Source of the DNA: Peptococcaceae bacterium UBA7702
GTDB lineage: Bacteria > Bacillota > Dehalobacteriia > UBA7702
Reading direction: 5' to 3'
DNA length: 64,000 nucleotides
Assembly (NCBI GenBank): GCA_002482535.1
Contig: DLGE01000007.1
Location: 129,325 to 193,324, forward strand
The position numbers and the translations under genes are program-made. The notes under the pieces were generated by a model that saw only the letters and a list, made by a program, of their open reading frames with translations, did no database searches and had not been told where the DNA came from. Below, one piece after another: positions 9,857 to 18,428 of the stretch (position 1 is its first letter; each line of letters opens with the position of its first letter).

Positions 9857-10349
9857 CTATTTGACAATGTCGGCGTACACGGCGTTTTCCGCGCCGATCA
9901 ACGCCATCATCGCTTCGGGATCGGCCTCGATCTGGCAGCCGATTTTGCCACCGCTGACCATAATCGTATCAAACAACTGCGCCGTTTCCTCAAAAACGGT
10001 AAAGAATTGCTTTTTCATACCAAAGGGTGAACAACCGCCGTGAACATAGCCGGTAAGGGGCAGCAGCTCCTTTTGACGGATCATCTCGATGGATTTTTCC
10101 TTCACCGCTTTGGCGGCTTTTTTCAAGTCCAGGGCCGCGTTAACGGGTATCACAAAAACATAGTGCTCACCGCTGTGTCCTTTTGTCACCAAGGTCTTGA
10201 AAACCTGGGCCGGATCCTGGCCACACTTTTCCGCCACGGAATTGCCGTCGATCAACCCGTCCTCCGTATCGTAAGTATGAATGCTGTAATCTGTTTTCGC
10301 CGCGTCGAATAGACGCATTGCGTTGGTTTTGCTCTCTGCCATCGTCATC
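9857..10349 (-). CDS. ybaK: YbaK/EbsC-family aminoacyl-tRNA deacylase (Cys-tRNA(Pro) deacylase-like)
   Basis: MAESKTNAMRLFDAAKTDYSIHTYD... and ...TGYVHGGCSPFGMKK... are typical of the YbaK family. It ends with TAG (9857-9859), followed in frame by 7 sense codons and then TGA. Confidence 0.7.
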
Positions 10350-10452
10350 CCTCCGAAAATAGGATACCATAACCATACTTTTTTATCAAACAACGGTTGA
10401 TTTCATGTTCTAACAGGCGTATAATGAAGCCACTAAAAGAAGGAGCTTTTTC

Positions 10453-10614
10453 ATGAAACGGAAAGATATTTTTGTAATTTTCATCGGGCTGCTGCTCTGC
10501 ATTCTCCTGGGCTACCTTGCCTTTACGATTCAACACGGCTGGGAATGGCCGGTCCTCGTGGCCATCGTGGGCCTCATGGGTCTCCAGGTCAGGGATTATC
10601 TCCTTTGGCGCTGA
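10453..10614 (+). CDS. small hydrophobic protein (53 aa)
   Basis: MKRKDIFVIFIGLLLCILLGYLAFTIQHGWEWPVLVAIVGLMGLQVRDYLLWR. AAGGAG RBS sits 8-9 nt upstream. Not in the ORF list because it is under 60 aa. Confidence 0.35.
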   Translation: MKRKDIFVIFIGLLLCILLGYLAFTIQHGWEWPVLVAIVGLMGLQVRDYLLWR

Positions 10615-10762
10615 AGCTTTTTGAAAAAAAGACAAATTACAGATAAAATGTGAAAAAATCCCTCCATTGGTCCTATTGCATATGCCACGGGATTCTTGTA
10701 TAATAATAGTAACAGAAAAGATCAATCGATGTTTGTCAGCAAAGCCATTGCGGGCCCGATAT

Positions 10763-11111
10763 GGGGATGTATTGGTTTTCGACGGGGGAAGGATTGGTCG
10801 GGTCAGCGAGCCGGCGTTCCATATGGCCGTAAAACTGTGGAACCTAAAATGAAATGACAAACAACAATTAGCTTTCGCTGCTTAATTGCAGCATAACCTC
10901 GTGCGCTCTGGTCCCGCGATGAGCGCAATGGGGTCATTAGGTCGGGATACCGCGTCGCCTTTTTCCGGCGGTAACACGGGAAATTAACGGAATGGTCTTA
11001 TGTGACTTTGTTTATGTAATCATATAAGGCGAGATCGAACATAAACTGCGCTCGGAGAAAACTCGGTGGGTTCTCTTTCGGACAGGGGTTCAACTCCCCT
11101 CATCTCCACCA
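10763..11111 (+). ncRNA. ssrA: tmRNA (ssrA)
   Basis: 5' GGGGATGTATTGGTTTTCGACGGGGG... closely matches the tmRNA 5' end. 3' GGACAGGGGTTCAACTCCCCTCATCTCCACCA matches the T-arm, acceptor stem and CCA. The acceptor stem GGGGATG/CATCTCC contains the G3·U70 wobble. Internal tag ORF ...AAT GAC AAA CAA CAA TTA GCT TTC GCT GCT TAA encodes (A)NDKQQLAFAA. Terminator follows immediately. Confidence 0.9.
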
Positions 11112-11117
11112 CACCAA

Positions 11118-11161
11118 AAACCGCTATTATGCAGGCATTTAGCTTGTCGATAGCGGTTTTT
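11118..11161 (+). terminator. rho-independent terminator of ssrA
   Basis: aaaaccgctat...atagcggtttttt. Confidence 0.65.
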
Positions 11162-11508
11162 TAGTACCCATTTCAGCCGATTTTACGGACAAAATGCGGA
11201 TTTTTACGGACGCTGTAGCAGGGGCTGGACAATCAATGCACACGGTAAAGTGATAAAAAGCTCCAGTCACTGATTGGAACTGTACAAGTGATGGGTAGTG
11301 TTCATAACTATAAAACTTGTCCTTTGATAATGCATATGGTAAAATAACGAAAGACTGAACTTAATCAGCCTCCGGACGAGATGCGCCGTACCCGGTTTGA
11401 CGACGACGCACCGAAAGGAGTGCATCAATATATGAGTATGGTTATTCAAATTATCGGCTCGGTCGCCGTTCTTGCGGGCTTCGCACTTGCACAAGCGGGT
11501 GTCCTGAA

Positions 11509-11943
11509 TCAAAAATCCATGACATACCTTCTTGTCAATGCAATCGGTTCCGGTTTGCTCGCCGGAGATGCGATCATAGAGCAGCAATGGGGCTTTCTGT
11601 TGTTGGAGGGTAGCTGGGCGATTATTTCGATAATTGGTCTCGTTAGGTGCAAAAGACGCAAAGTGTCTGACAAAGAACAAATGAAATGTAAGTAGAAGAA
11701 ATACGAGTAATGCCCCGACCAATCAAGGCCGGGGCTTACGTGTTTAAATGCCTTTTTGTTTATTGGGTCGTTAAAAATCCCAAACACCACCAGCACTTGA
11801 CACACTGACCCGATCACATCATTGATGGCGTTAGATGCGGTGATATCAAGAACGCCGGTAAAAACCAGGATCGACAGTACCTGCGCGGCAAGGGCCGTCC
11901 AAAACACAGGGCTTTTTAGGCGATTTTGTAGTTTATTTTTCAT
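11509..11943 (-). CDS. phage holin (TcdE / phage_holin_4_1-like). Possibly C-terminally degraded.
   Basis: N-terminal 65 aa MKNKLQNRLKSPVFWTALAAQVLSILVFTGVLD...NDVIGSVCQVLVVFGIFNDP match the pattern of this holin family. Its start overlaps the stop of the upstream ORF (ATGA). It is overlapped on the plus strand by an alternative ORF at 11432-11695. Confidence 0.45.
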   Translation of the reverse strand: MKNKLQNRLKSPVFWTALAAQVLSILVFTGVLDITASNAINDVIGSVCQVLVVFGIFNDPINKKAFKHVSPGLDWSGHYSYFFYLHFICSLSDTLRLLHLTRPIIEIIAQLPSNNRKPHCCSMIASPASKPEPIALTRRYVMDF

Positions 11944-12218
11944 TTATTTGTTTTGTCCTCCAAAGTTTTAATTTTTGCTTCCACCTTGTACATGTGTTCG
12001 ACAAGATGGTTATGGACGTCCACTTTCTTCGATTTTACGGCATCAAACATATAGCCTGCCTTTTTGCCAACATCTTCGAGATCACAGAAATAGAGGCCTT
12101 CCCTGTCCTGGATCGTCCAAATACGTACCATACTCTCGGTGAGATTGGTACCGTCTGTCACGCCGAGATCGATCCGCAACGGCACCGCTTTCCCATTATG
12201 TTTAATACACGTATTCAT
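11940..12218 (-). CDS. small hypothetical protein, likely prophage-derived (lysis-module neighbour)
   Basis: 92-aa ORF translationally coupled to the holin. No recognisable domain. Confidence 0.35.
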   Translation of the reverse strand: MNTCIKHNGKAVPLRIDLGVTDGTNLTESMVRIWTIQDREGLYFCDLEDVGKKAGYMFDAVKSKKVDVHNHLVEHMYKVEAKIKTLEDKTNK

Positions 12219-12353
12219 GGATTCTAAAAACTATATGACAGAAGATAAAAACGGGGTATATAAAATCACCATATACGCTAAGCAGGCTGAGCCTGCACGC
12301 AAAAAACACTCCTCAAAATGAACTGCACCCCAAAAGTTAGACAAATATTTTCA

Positions 12354-13194
12354 TTAAGCGGCGGAGAGGGCTTGCTGTCTGTGAATTGCAGGCGGTAAGC
12401 CCTTAAGCTTTCTCTTGATGCGGCGGTTGTTGTAATAGTCAAGGTAGTCAATGAGTTCTCTTTTGAAATGCTCTATAGATTCAAAGTCCTGCAAGTACAA
12501 CAACTCACTCTTAAGCAGTCCGAAGAAGTTTTCAATCACGGCGTTGTCCAGACAATTACCTTTGCGGCTCATACTCTGATGGATGCCTTTTTTTGAGCAT
12601 CCTTTGATATTGCTTGTGCTGGTACTGCCAGCCTTGGTCGGAGTGGAGGATGAGGTTCGTTCCGTCAGGTATTTTCATGAAAGCCTTATCAAGCATTTCT
12701 GTCACCATTGACAGCACCGGCTTATCTGAGATCGAATAGCTCACAATATCTCTGCTACAGAGGTCAAGGATAGGTGACAGATAGAGCTTCTGTCCGAACA
12801 GGTTGAATTCCGTGACGTCGGTCACCCACTTCTGGTTTGGCATTGTTGCTTCAAAATCCCGTTCCAGCAGATTCGGCGCAGTTTTGCCCACTTCACCTTT
12901 GTATGACTGGTACTTTTTCATCCGAACCCGGCAGATGACCCCCATCTCTTTCATCAGTCGCTGTATCGTTTTATGGTTGATGCCATATCCTCGATTATGC
13001 AGTTCGTCCGTGATACGCCGGTAACCATATCGACCCTTGTTTTCAGCGTAAATTTCCGTGATCTGTTCTTTGATTTCGCTATACTTGTCCGGTTGGATTC
13101 TGCGTTTGGAGTGGTAGTAATAGGTGGCTCGGGGCAGACCGGATACTTCAATCAGGAGCGAAATTTTATGTTTATGCCTCAGTTCCCAGATCAC
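12354..13194 (-). pseudogene. IS3-family transposase OrfB (DDE integrase), disrupted by a +1 in an A-run
   Basis: …[21 protein letters not shown]| then a frame change then |[24 protein letters not shown]. Removing one A from the A7 run (plus-strand ttttttt at 12588-12594) restores [18 protein letters not shown], the canonical IS150-like sequence. Confidence 0.8.
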
Positions 13195-13544
13195 TTGTAC
13201 CTTTTGTTTTGGCGTTCCTCTGCTAGAACCAAGGCATTCAATTTTTTTAGGTAGTCGTTCTCCGCACGCAGTCGTTGCACCTCTGCCAATAAATCCTCTT
13301 CTGCTTGCGGAAAAAATTTTGGCGGCCTGCCTTTGCTACTTCGTCCGCGTCGTTCTTCATAAAAACCTTCCGGACCATAGCTGAGGTAGATGCGTTCCCA
13401 ATCCTGCACGCGACGGTTAGGCAAACCATATTTCCTTTGGGTTTCTTTATAGCTTAGATTATTCTCGCGCATATCCTCTATTACCTTTTGCTTGAATTCC
13501 GCGGTGTACTTCTTGTTCGGTTCTCCTTTTGGCATAAAAATCAC
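13191..13544 (-). CDS. IS3-family transposase OrfA (HTH)
   Basis: MPKGEPNKKYTAEFKQKVIEDMRENNLSYKETQRKYGLPNRRVQDWERIY... followed by a leucine zipper. An A-AAC-AAA-AGG slippery-like motif lies at the orfA/orfB junction. Confidence 0.85.
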   Translation of the reverse strand: MIFMPKGEPNKKYTAEFKQKVIEDMRENNLSYKETQRKYGLPNRRVQDWERIYLSYGPEGFYEERRGRSSKGRPPKFFPQAEEDLLAEVQRLRAENDYLKKLNALVLAEERQNKRYK

Positions 13545-14050
13545 CCCAATCGTTATTCAGTATATCATACTGTCTAACTTTTGGGGTGCAGTTCATTTTG
13601 AGGAGCGTTTTTCTTTCAAGCCTGGGCTCTACTGACAACCGATCTTAATGATATGATGTCATCGATCTGCTGCCATATCAAAACATCCTCAGCGAGGCAT
13701 AATAATCGATGATTTTATCTGGATATCAAACATTGTTAGCGCTGATTTTTGTATAATATCAAACAAATCGCATTACAGTGTTTTTTTGTTGTGCCAATAA
13801 AAAAATTCTACATTTTTATTAAATATCTTGACTGTGGTGTTAGACCACGGTGTAACCTTAAAGAGGATAAAACTAAATTCAATCAATTCCTTAATGAAGG
13901 CTTTTGATGATGAAAATAATAACTATCCAATTAGTTCATAAATCCTTTTTTAAACAGAAAATGGAGAGGAAAGGAGGATCATGAAAGTAAATTGGGTAAA
14001 AAGGATTTATTGAAATTATAATAATTTGAAACTAGGAAGGTGGAATTATA

Positions 14051-15187
14051 ATGTCAGTTGGTACAAATGATGCAAGATTGCCACAAATGCTGGAGAAGCA
14101 TCAGATGAGCTACGTTAAAAGAGGACTCGCCGCCGGAATCTTCTCCGGTATGACTTGGGGTCTGCAAGGGGTTTTGTTAAATAGCTTAGTGCTTCATTTC
14201 GGACCGTTCCAAGTTACTACACAAGGTGCGTTTTATGCATCTTTGATTGCCGCAGTTGCTGTCGCGGCACTTCATGACTTTGTCGCGTCTTGTTGGATTC
14301 TCTTTTTTGACACCGTCACCGGTAGAATCAAGGAAATTCCCCGCGCATTGAAAACGAAACCTGGTCGCTTGGCGATATTTGCCAGCATCTTCGGAGGTCC
14401 CCTCGGCATGGGCGGTTATTGCATCGGTATGTATCTCGCCGGCGTAACCTATGCTCTTGCCATCTCCGCGATTTATCCCGCCATCGGCGCCATTCTTGGC
14501 CGCATTGTATTGAAGGAAAGAATTAACGCCCGTGTTTGGGTCGGCATCCTCGCCTGTTTGGCCGGTGCTGTTCTCGTGGGTTGGGCTCCTCCGGAAGCCG
14601 CAACCAGCGGTTTCCAGTTCTATCTTGGGATTGCTTTCTCTTGCGGCCCCGCCATTGGTTGGGCTGCGGAAGGTGTGATTGCCTGTTTTGGTATGGATAT
14701 GATCGACCCCGATATCGCAATCTGGATTCGCGAATTCTTTTCAAGCGTTATTGCTCTGTTCACAACCGTTATCGGCATCTCAATTTTCGCTACTGCCATC
14801 ACCGGTGGTACGGAAACCCTTATAGACGGCAGCACTTATGCTCTTCATTGGTATACCGGTTGGAAAATGTTTATTAGCGCATTTGGAAACGTTAACAGTT
14901 TGATCTGGATCATTATCACGGCGGCCTCAGGCGGTTTCTCCTATGTATTTTGGTATCGCGCCATCAACATGATAGGGACCGGGCGCGCAATGGCTTTCAA
15001 TGTAACCTATGCGTTGTGGTCTGTCCCTGCCGGTTATTTGGCAAACCTCATCACCTCTCTCTACGGTTGGGAAAACGGCTACGCCGCCACCGGCCTTGTG
15101 CTTGTGGGTGTTGCCGTTATCACCATCGGAGCGATTCTCGTTGTAATCAATCCGAAAGAACTGTTCCAGTTACGTAATGTGGCCTAA
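14051..15187 (+). CDS. 10-TM permease, paralog of 8736-9755 (possibly DMT-like)
   Basis: 378-aa hydrophobic protein sharing motifs with the 8736 ORF. RBS AGGAAGGTGG. Preceded by a 10-codon uORF with a perfect SD at 13981-14013. Confidence 0.5.
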   Translation: MSVGTNDARLPQMLEKHQMSYVKRGLAAGIFSGMTWGLQGVLLNSLVLHFGPFQVTTQGAFYASLIAAVAVAALHDFVASCWILFFDTVTGRIKEIPRALKTKPGRLAIFASIFGGPLGMGGYCIGMYLAGVTYALAISAIYPAIGAILGRIVLKERINARVWVGILACLAGAVLVGWAPPEAATSGFQFYLGIAFSCGPAIGWAAEGVIACFGMDMIDPDIAIWIREFFSSVIALFTTVIGISIFATAITGGTETLIDGSTYALHWYTGWKMFISAFGNVNSLIWIIITAASGGFSYVFWYRAINMIGTGRAMAFNVTYALWSVPAGYLANLITSLYGWENGYAATGLVLVGVAVITIGAILVVINPKELFQLRNVA

Positions 15188-15202
15188 GGAGGGATGATTA
15201 AA

Positions 15203-15484
15203 ATGGCGAAAAGTATCTTACCTTTCAGATTCAGAGTGTTGCACTATGCTTCTACAAGGGATACCTTTACAAAACATGATCTTTTAAGAGATCTTGAATC
15301 CGAGTATGCCGGTGAAGGTCAGTTTACCGATAAAAAAATGACCCTTCACACCGACTCTTTGGTGGCTGTCGGCATGATCAAAACCGTCAAAACAGAGTTA
15401 GAAGGCGATGACCTGTTGCTTACCTTTAGGATCACTGACTATGGCAAAGACAGGTTAAAATACCTGCCTGACGAATGGAAATAA
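15203..15484 (+). CDS. small hypothetical protein (93 aa)
   Basis: MAKSILPFRFRVLHYASTRD... AAGGAGGG sits 9 nt upstream of the ATG at 15203. Terminator at 15511-15537. Confidence 0.4.
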   Translation: MAKSILPFRFRVLHYASTRDTFTKHDLLRDLESEYAGEGQFTDKKMTLHTDSLVAVGMIKTVKTELEGDDLLLTFRITDYGKDRLKYLPDEWK

Positions 15485-15510
15485 AAAAATCCAAATCAAG
15501 AAATCGGGGA

Positions 15511-15537
15511 TCTTCTGAAGAGTCCCCGATTTCTTTT
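15511..15537 (+). terminator. rho-independent terminator
   Basis: aaatcggggatcttctgaagagtccccgattt followed by ctttt. Confidence 0.6.
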
Positions 15538-15590
15538 ATGTTCTAAAAATTTCATTGGGCAGCATTTTATATTCATCATTACTTTATAAA

Positions 15591-16361
15591 TTATTTCAAA
15601 CGAAGTGATGCTTCGTAATAATTTTTTCGGGCATGATTATTTTTGAAAGAAAAACAACAAGTAAGATAATAACAATCAAAGAACCCAAATCCATGTTCTT
15701 TTGCGTATATGAGAATTGGTTCTATTAAAGCAGGGTCATTAATTTCTTTTTCACTAACAAAAAGAAAACGCAAATATTTACCCCCGGGAAGATATTCCTT
15801 TGCGCTCAACTCCTGTTCATTCAATAGAATAGTGTCAGGTGATACTACAGCAAAAGTATATGTACCAGTATGACACAGTCGATCGTTATTATATTTGAAA
15901 CAGCTTACGGGCCATCCAATTCTAAAAATATTAGAGTGGATATCATAGAGGTATTTTTCCGGAAAAAGATAGCCTGAAGGAGCGTCAATGATCTCATAAT
16001 TTTCTTGTTTGTCACTGAACCACTCTATCTCTTGTCTGATATATTTGATGATTTCTATCTTTTGCTCTGTTTTTCTTAATTGTTCCTCTAAACTATTCTG
16101 ATGCTTTTTAATAGTTGTTAAATATTCTTCAAATGATTTGGAACTGACACACTTTGAAATATCAGATATATTCATATCCAAAACCTTTCGGTAATAGGAG
16201 ATATCCAGAATATCAAAAATATCCTCATCATCAAATATGCGATATCCATTCTGATTATTTTTATCGATTTCTATAAGGCCTTTTTTGCTATAATACCGGA
16301 TTGCATCACGAGTGACACCTAACATATTTTCAATATCTTTGATTTTGTACTGTCCTGGCAT
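15591..16361 (-). CDS. MerR-family transcriptional regulator with C-terminal effector-binding domain
   Basis: N-terminal HTH MPGQYKIKDIENMLGVTRDAIRYYSKKGLIEIDKNNQNGYRIFDDEDI is the MerR signature. Confidence 0.7.
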   Translation of the reverse strand: MPGQYKIKDIENMLGVTRDAIRYYSKKGLIEIDKNNQNGYRIFDDEDIFDILDISYYRKVLDMNISDISKCVSSKSFEEYLTTIKKHQNSLEEQLRKTEQKIEIIKYIRQEIEWFSDKQENYEIIDAPSGYLFPEKYLYDIHSNIFRIGWPVSCFKYNNDRLCHTGTYTFAVVSPDTILLNEQELSAKEYLPGGKYLRFLFVSEKEINDPALIEPILIYAKEHGFGFFDCYYLTCCFSFKNNHARKNYYEASLRLK

Positions 16362-16726
16362 CCGCTTTTTCTCCCTTGATCCTCATTATAATTTTCACGG
16401 GAAAAACCGGAAGAGCTTTTTACTCTTCCGGGTTTCCCCTGGAATTTGTATGTCTTGTTCGAAGAGTTTAAACTTCAAACAAAAGGATTAACATTTTAAC
16501 TTTTCTCTCTTTGACTAAGTATATAATACACCTGGGCCCCACACCACAGTCAATAGCTATTTTGCGATTGGCAAGATTTTTTTATCTCACAGCTTACTTT
16601 ATAGTGAACCTACGCTTTTTCAGAAATATTTCTATTGGGATTCTTCGAAGCATCGGTTATTCATGCCGATGGCAACTCTTTCTTTACTCATTTATGGCGC
16701 CATATCTCACCTTATCCTCCTGTTGA

Positions 16727-18265
16727 TTAAATGTGATCCAAAACATAAAAAGACATCAGCAGAGAACGGCGGGTTTCTTTATCGGACAAATTGATACCCA
16801 AGGTTTCTTTGATGCGGTTGATGCGGTAAAACAGGGTGGTGCGGTGAATGAACAGCTCTTCCGCGGAGTGGAGCAGATTCATGTTGTTTTCCAGATAGAC
16901 CTTGAGCGTCCGGTAATAATCGACTTCGTCCCGCTTTCCCATAGTTTTTAATGAAAATACCCGCTGATCCACAAAGAATTTCGGGTCCAAATTGCCCATG
17001 CCGTGATAGAGCATATAAACAAAAGCGTACTTTTTAAAGGGATAGTACCAGATTTCCGGGTCGCGTTCATTGCCCACGCGCAGTGCCGCTTTGGCCTGTT
17101 CATAGTAGCTCTGAACCGCATAAAGATCGGTAAACACATCGCTGATCCCGGCTTTAAAGAAACCGTCCCGGATAAAGGAGCCAAAAGCGGTGCCGACGGT
17201 AAAAAATGCCTCCGCACCCTTTTCATAACGGCAGATGCCCACGATGGTATCTTTATAAGGAAAGGCAAAACAGTCTTCGAGGGTCTCTTCCAGACGTTGG
17301 CAGCTGTAGGAAACGGAGAAGATGCGGCGTTCATTCTCACTGAGGGTCAGCAAAACGCAGCAATAGGCGTCCTCAGGACTCCATTTTTTCGATTGCAAAC
17401 AAATCGAGGCTTCCCCGACATTGACGGCAGACCCCTGCAAAAGGCTATAGAAAAACCGCTCCAAACCCCGGCGGTAGCCCTTTGCCATCACCGTGCGGCG
17501 GTTTAAGGCAAAGGAAATCACCTTCCCCAGCAAAGCTAAGGGCGGGTAGGTACTGTAAGAATTCTCGCCGTACAATTCCGGCAACAGCAAACGGCCGGAA
17601 AAGCCTTCCTCGCCACCGGTTAGATTCACGTACAGTACATCATAGCGGGGATAATCCGCGTGAAAGTTTTCCACTCCTGTTTTACCCATTGTTTCGTGAA
17701 AAACTTTGGCGTTTTTAAAGTATTCGATATAATGCGGGGATGCCACGTAGGTACCGACATTTTCATGAAAGGGAAAAGCCAAGTCCTTTTCCATCACTTC
17801 ACGATTTACACTGGTTCCCAATACCTCGTAGGAACCGTTATGCGCAAGTACCGGATTGGTAAAGATCTTTTTTGAAGCATCACACATTTTCTGAATATTG
17901 GCGTCGGTATTCAAAATCTCAACCAAGGTCTCCTCCCATGTATTATACCATTCAAAGCACTTTTGCAAAATATCAAATACTACAAATAGGGAATGTTCCG
18001 TATTCAAGACAATCATTTCACATGGATCGGCAGAAGCGAACTCACCCTTTGCAGCCAAAACCACAAAGTGAAAGCACTCTCCCGTCGGCAGCTCCTCTGG
18101 AAATTCTTCTGCCTTTACAAGATATAGATACCTATTAAACAGTGGTATATCCGGTGAATAGAGCTTTGGCTGCGACAAAGAGTCTTCCTTTGCTTGCTGG
18201 GAAAAATGCAGTCTCTTCTCAGCCCAAGGAATTCCTTCCGCGACCATGTACATATTCAGCCTCAT
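16727..18265 (-). CDS. PucR/CdaR-family transcriptional regulator
   Basis: C-terminal PucR-type HTH: ...AEELFIHRTTLFYRINRIKETLGINLSDKETRRSLLMSFYV. Divergent from the MtaA-like gene at 18429. Confidence 0.65.
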   Translation of the reverse strand: MRLNMYMVAEGIPWAEKRLHFSQQAKEDSLSQPKLYSPDIPLFNRYLYLVKAEEFPEELPTGECFHFVVLAAKGEFASADPCEMIVLNTEHSLFVVFDILQKCFEWYNTWEETLVEILNTDANIQKMCDASKKIFTNPVLAHNGSYEVLGTSVNREVMEKDLAFPFHENVGTYVASPHYIEYFKNAKVFHETMGKTGVENFHADYPRYDVLYVNLTGGEEGFSGRLLLPELYGENSYSTYPPLALLGKVISFALNRRTVMAKGYRRGLERFFYSLLQGSAVNVGEASICLQSKKWSPEDAYCCVLLTLSENERRIFSVSYSCQRLEETLEDCFAFPYKDTIVGICRYEKGAEAFFTVGTAFGSFIRDGFFKAGISDVFTDLYAVQSYYEQAKAALRVGNERDPEIWYYPFKKYAFVYMLYHGMGNLDPKFFVDQRVFSLKTMGKRDEVDYYRTLKVYLENNMNLLHSAEELFIHRTTLFYRINRIKETLGINLSDKETRRSLLMSFYVLDHI

Positions 18266-18428
18266 AAAATCTCCTCCCGTCACTTCCTTATACGAATCGT
18301 ATAACATAGGGACAAAAAAATCAACTATTTACGGACTGAAATCTCAACTTTCTTATTTTAGAATGAAAGCAGAACAAGAGATGTACATCACCTGAAACAT
18401 TTTAACTACAAAATTGGGAGGTAGTACC

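Larger units (their letters stand above)
12306..13611 (-). mobile_element. IS3-family insertion sequence (IS150-like), about 1.3 kb
   Basis: Near-perfect ~38-bp terminal inverted repeats. Left: ctcctcaaaatgaactgcaccccaaaagttagaca (12310-12344). Right: tgtctaacttttggggtgcagttcattttgaggag (13571-13605). Internal orfA plus frameshifted orfB. The TGAACTGCACCC end resembles the IS150 termini. Confidence 0.85.

Noticed and set aside
10345-10860. ORFs 10345-10860 (-) and 10667-10852 (+)
   Set aside because: They overlap the tmRNA gene, and no RBS or homology supports them.
11432-11695. Plus-strand 87-aa membrane-like ORF (MSMVIQIIGSV…) with a good RBS
   Set aside because: Unresolved rather than firmly rejected. 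It overlaps the holin ORF antisense. The holin N-terminus has family-level similarity, so I listed the holin and flag this as a competing reading.
12586-12594. A7 run as a second programmed frameshift site of the IS
   Set aside because: IS3-family programmed -1 slippage occurs at the orfA/orfB overlap, not inside the DDE domain. A +1 insertion or sequencing error is more parsimonious.
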